Source: Felis catus (lineage: Eukaryota). From it: a stretch of DNA of 64,000 nucleotides. The notes under the pieces were generated by a model. It was not told the DNA's origin. It saw only the letters and a program-made list of their open reading frames with translations, and did no database searches. The position numbers and the translations under genes are program-made. The stretch spans positions 216,692,001 through 216,756,000 of the forward strand of contig NC_058368.1 in the NCBI RefSeq assembly GCF_018350175.1, read 5' to 3'. Shown piece after piece: positions 63,318 to 64,000 of this stretch. Every line of letters begins with the position of its first letter. The stretch's first letter is position 1.

Positions 63318-63439
63318 CAGAAATGACTTTTAAAATGGGGAGAGCCTGGGGACTTCCAAAGGGGAATAAAACAATAGGAGCAGGTGAGTTACCATGAGAG
63401 ACCTTTGAAATTTACATCCAAAACTAAATAGCATTAAGA

Positions 63440-63870
63440 TCCTGTTATGTTCCACAGCTTTAAATACCCCTTAGTCTCAGCACACTTGTAATTTGTATTA
63501 ACATCCCTATATCTTCTCCTGAACCCCAGGCTCTTATATTCAAATGTGTTTTTGATTTTTATTTGTTTATCTAATAGTCATCACACATTTGGTAAGGTTT
63601 AAACAACACTCTTGATTTTTCTCTACAAATATGTTTCTCTTCCCGGTTTCCCCATGAGGAAACAGCAAAACCATTCTTCTAAATGATTCTTAGAGCTCCT
63701 CTCAGAAAGTCTTCTCTCCTGTCTCTTTAAATTACATCCTGATTCTGATTATTCTCACAGTCCCCTACAAGGAACTATGCAGATTCAAGCAACTGTGATT
63801 TCTCTCCTAGGCAATTGCAACAATCTCCTGGCATTTCTTCTAGCTGGCACTCTTTGTTTCTCTAGTGTCG
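63440..63870 (+). mobile_element. L2 remnant
   Basis: CTCCTGAACCCCAGGCTC.TATATTCAAATG..; CCTAGGCAATTGCAACAATCTCCT. Confidence 0.55.
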
Positions 63871-64000
63871 GTTCAAAAGCACAAACGCTAAAAATAAATA
63901 AAAAAGAAAGAAGTAATATGTCAGTGTTCTGTTAAGCTCTTGCTATAGTTTTCAATCTTGTGTAGAGTAGTACCCATAGACCTACCAAAAGCTTAGAAGG

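Overview
Eukaryotic, AT-rich, repeat-dense DNA from a carnivore, almost certainly a felid, judged from about 31 tRNA-derived CanSINE (SINEC_Fc-like) copies and a cat-type L1 3' UTR. I recognise no intact cellular gene; nearly all listed ORFs are SINE, L1, ERV or microsatellite artefacts. The largest structure is a two-LTR, env-less ERV-L provirus (about 37172-44126) with MLT2 LTRs, a tRNA-Leu-like PBS, decayed gag/pro/RT/RNaseH/IN/dUTPase and a PPT, inserted into a MER5-like element. The rest is layered L1M, L2, MIR, MaLR and DNA-transposon debris. The best leads are mechanistic fossils: a probable L1 3' transduction of about 0.9 kb (23505-25022), a twin-primed inverted L1 (41-410), a triple-nested L1M>MER58>MER44 stack, an inverted pair of about 98%-identical young SINEs, and unusual SINE junctions. 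A few weak exon and enhancer candidates are also noted. I see no convincing evidence of a new biological system. Repeat family names come from recalled consensus sequences, not from a search, and boundaries of old repeats are approximate.
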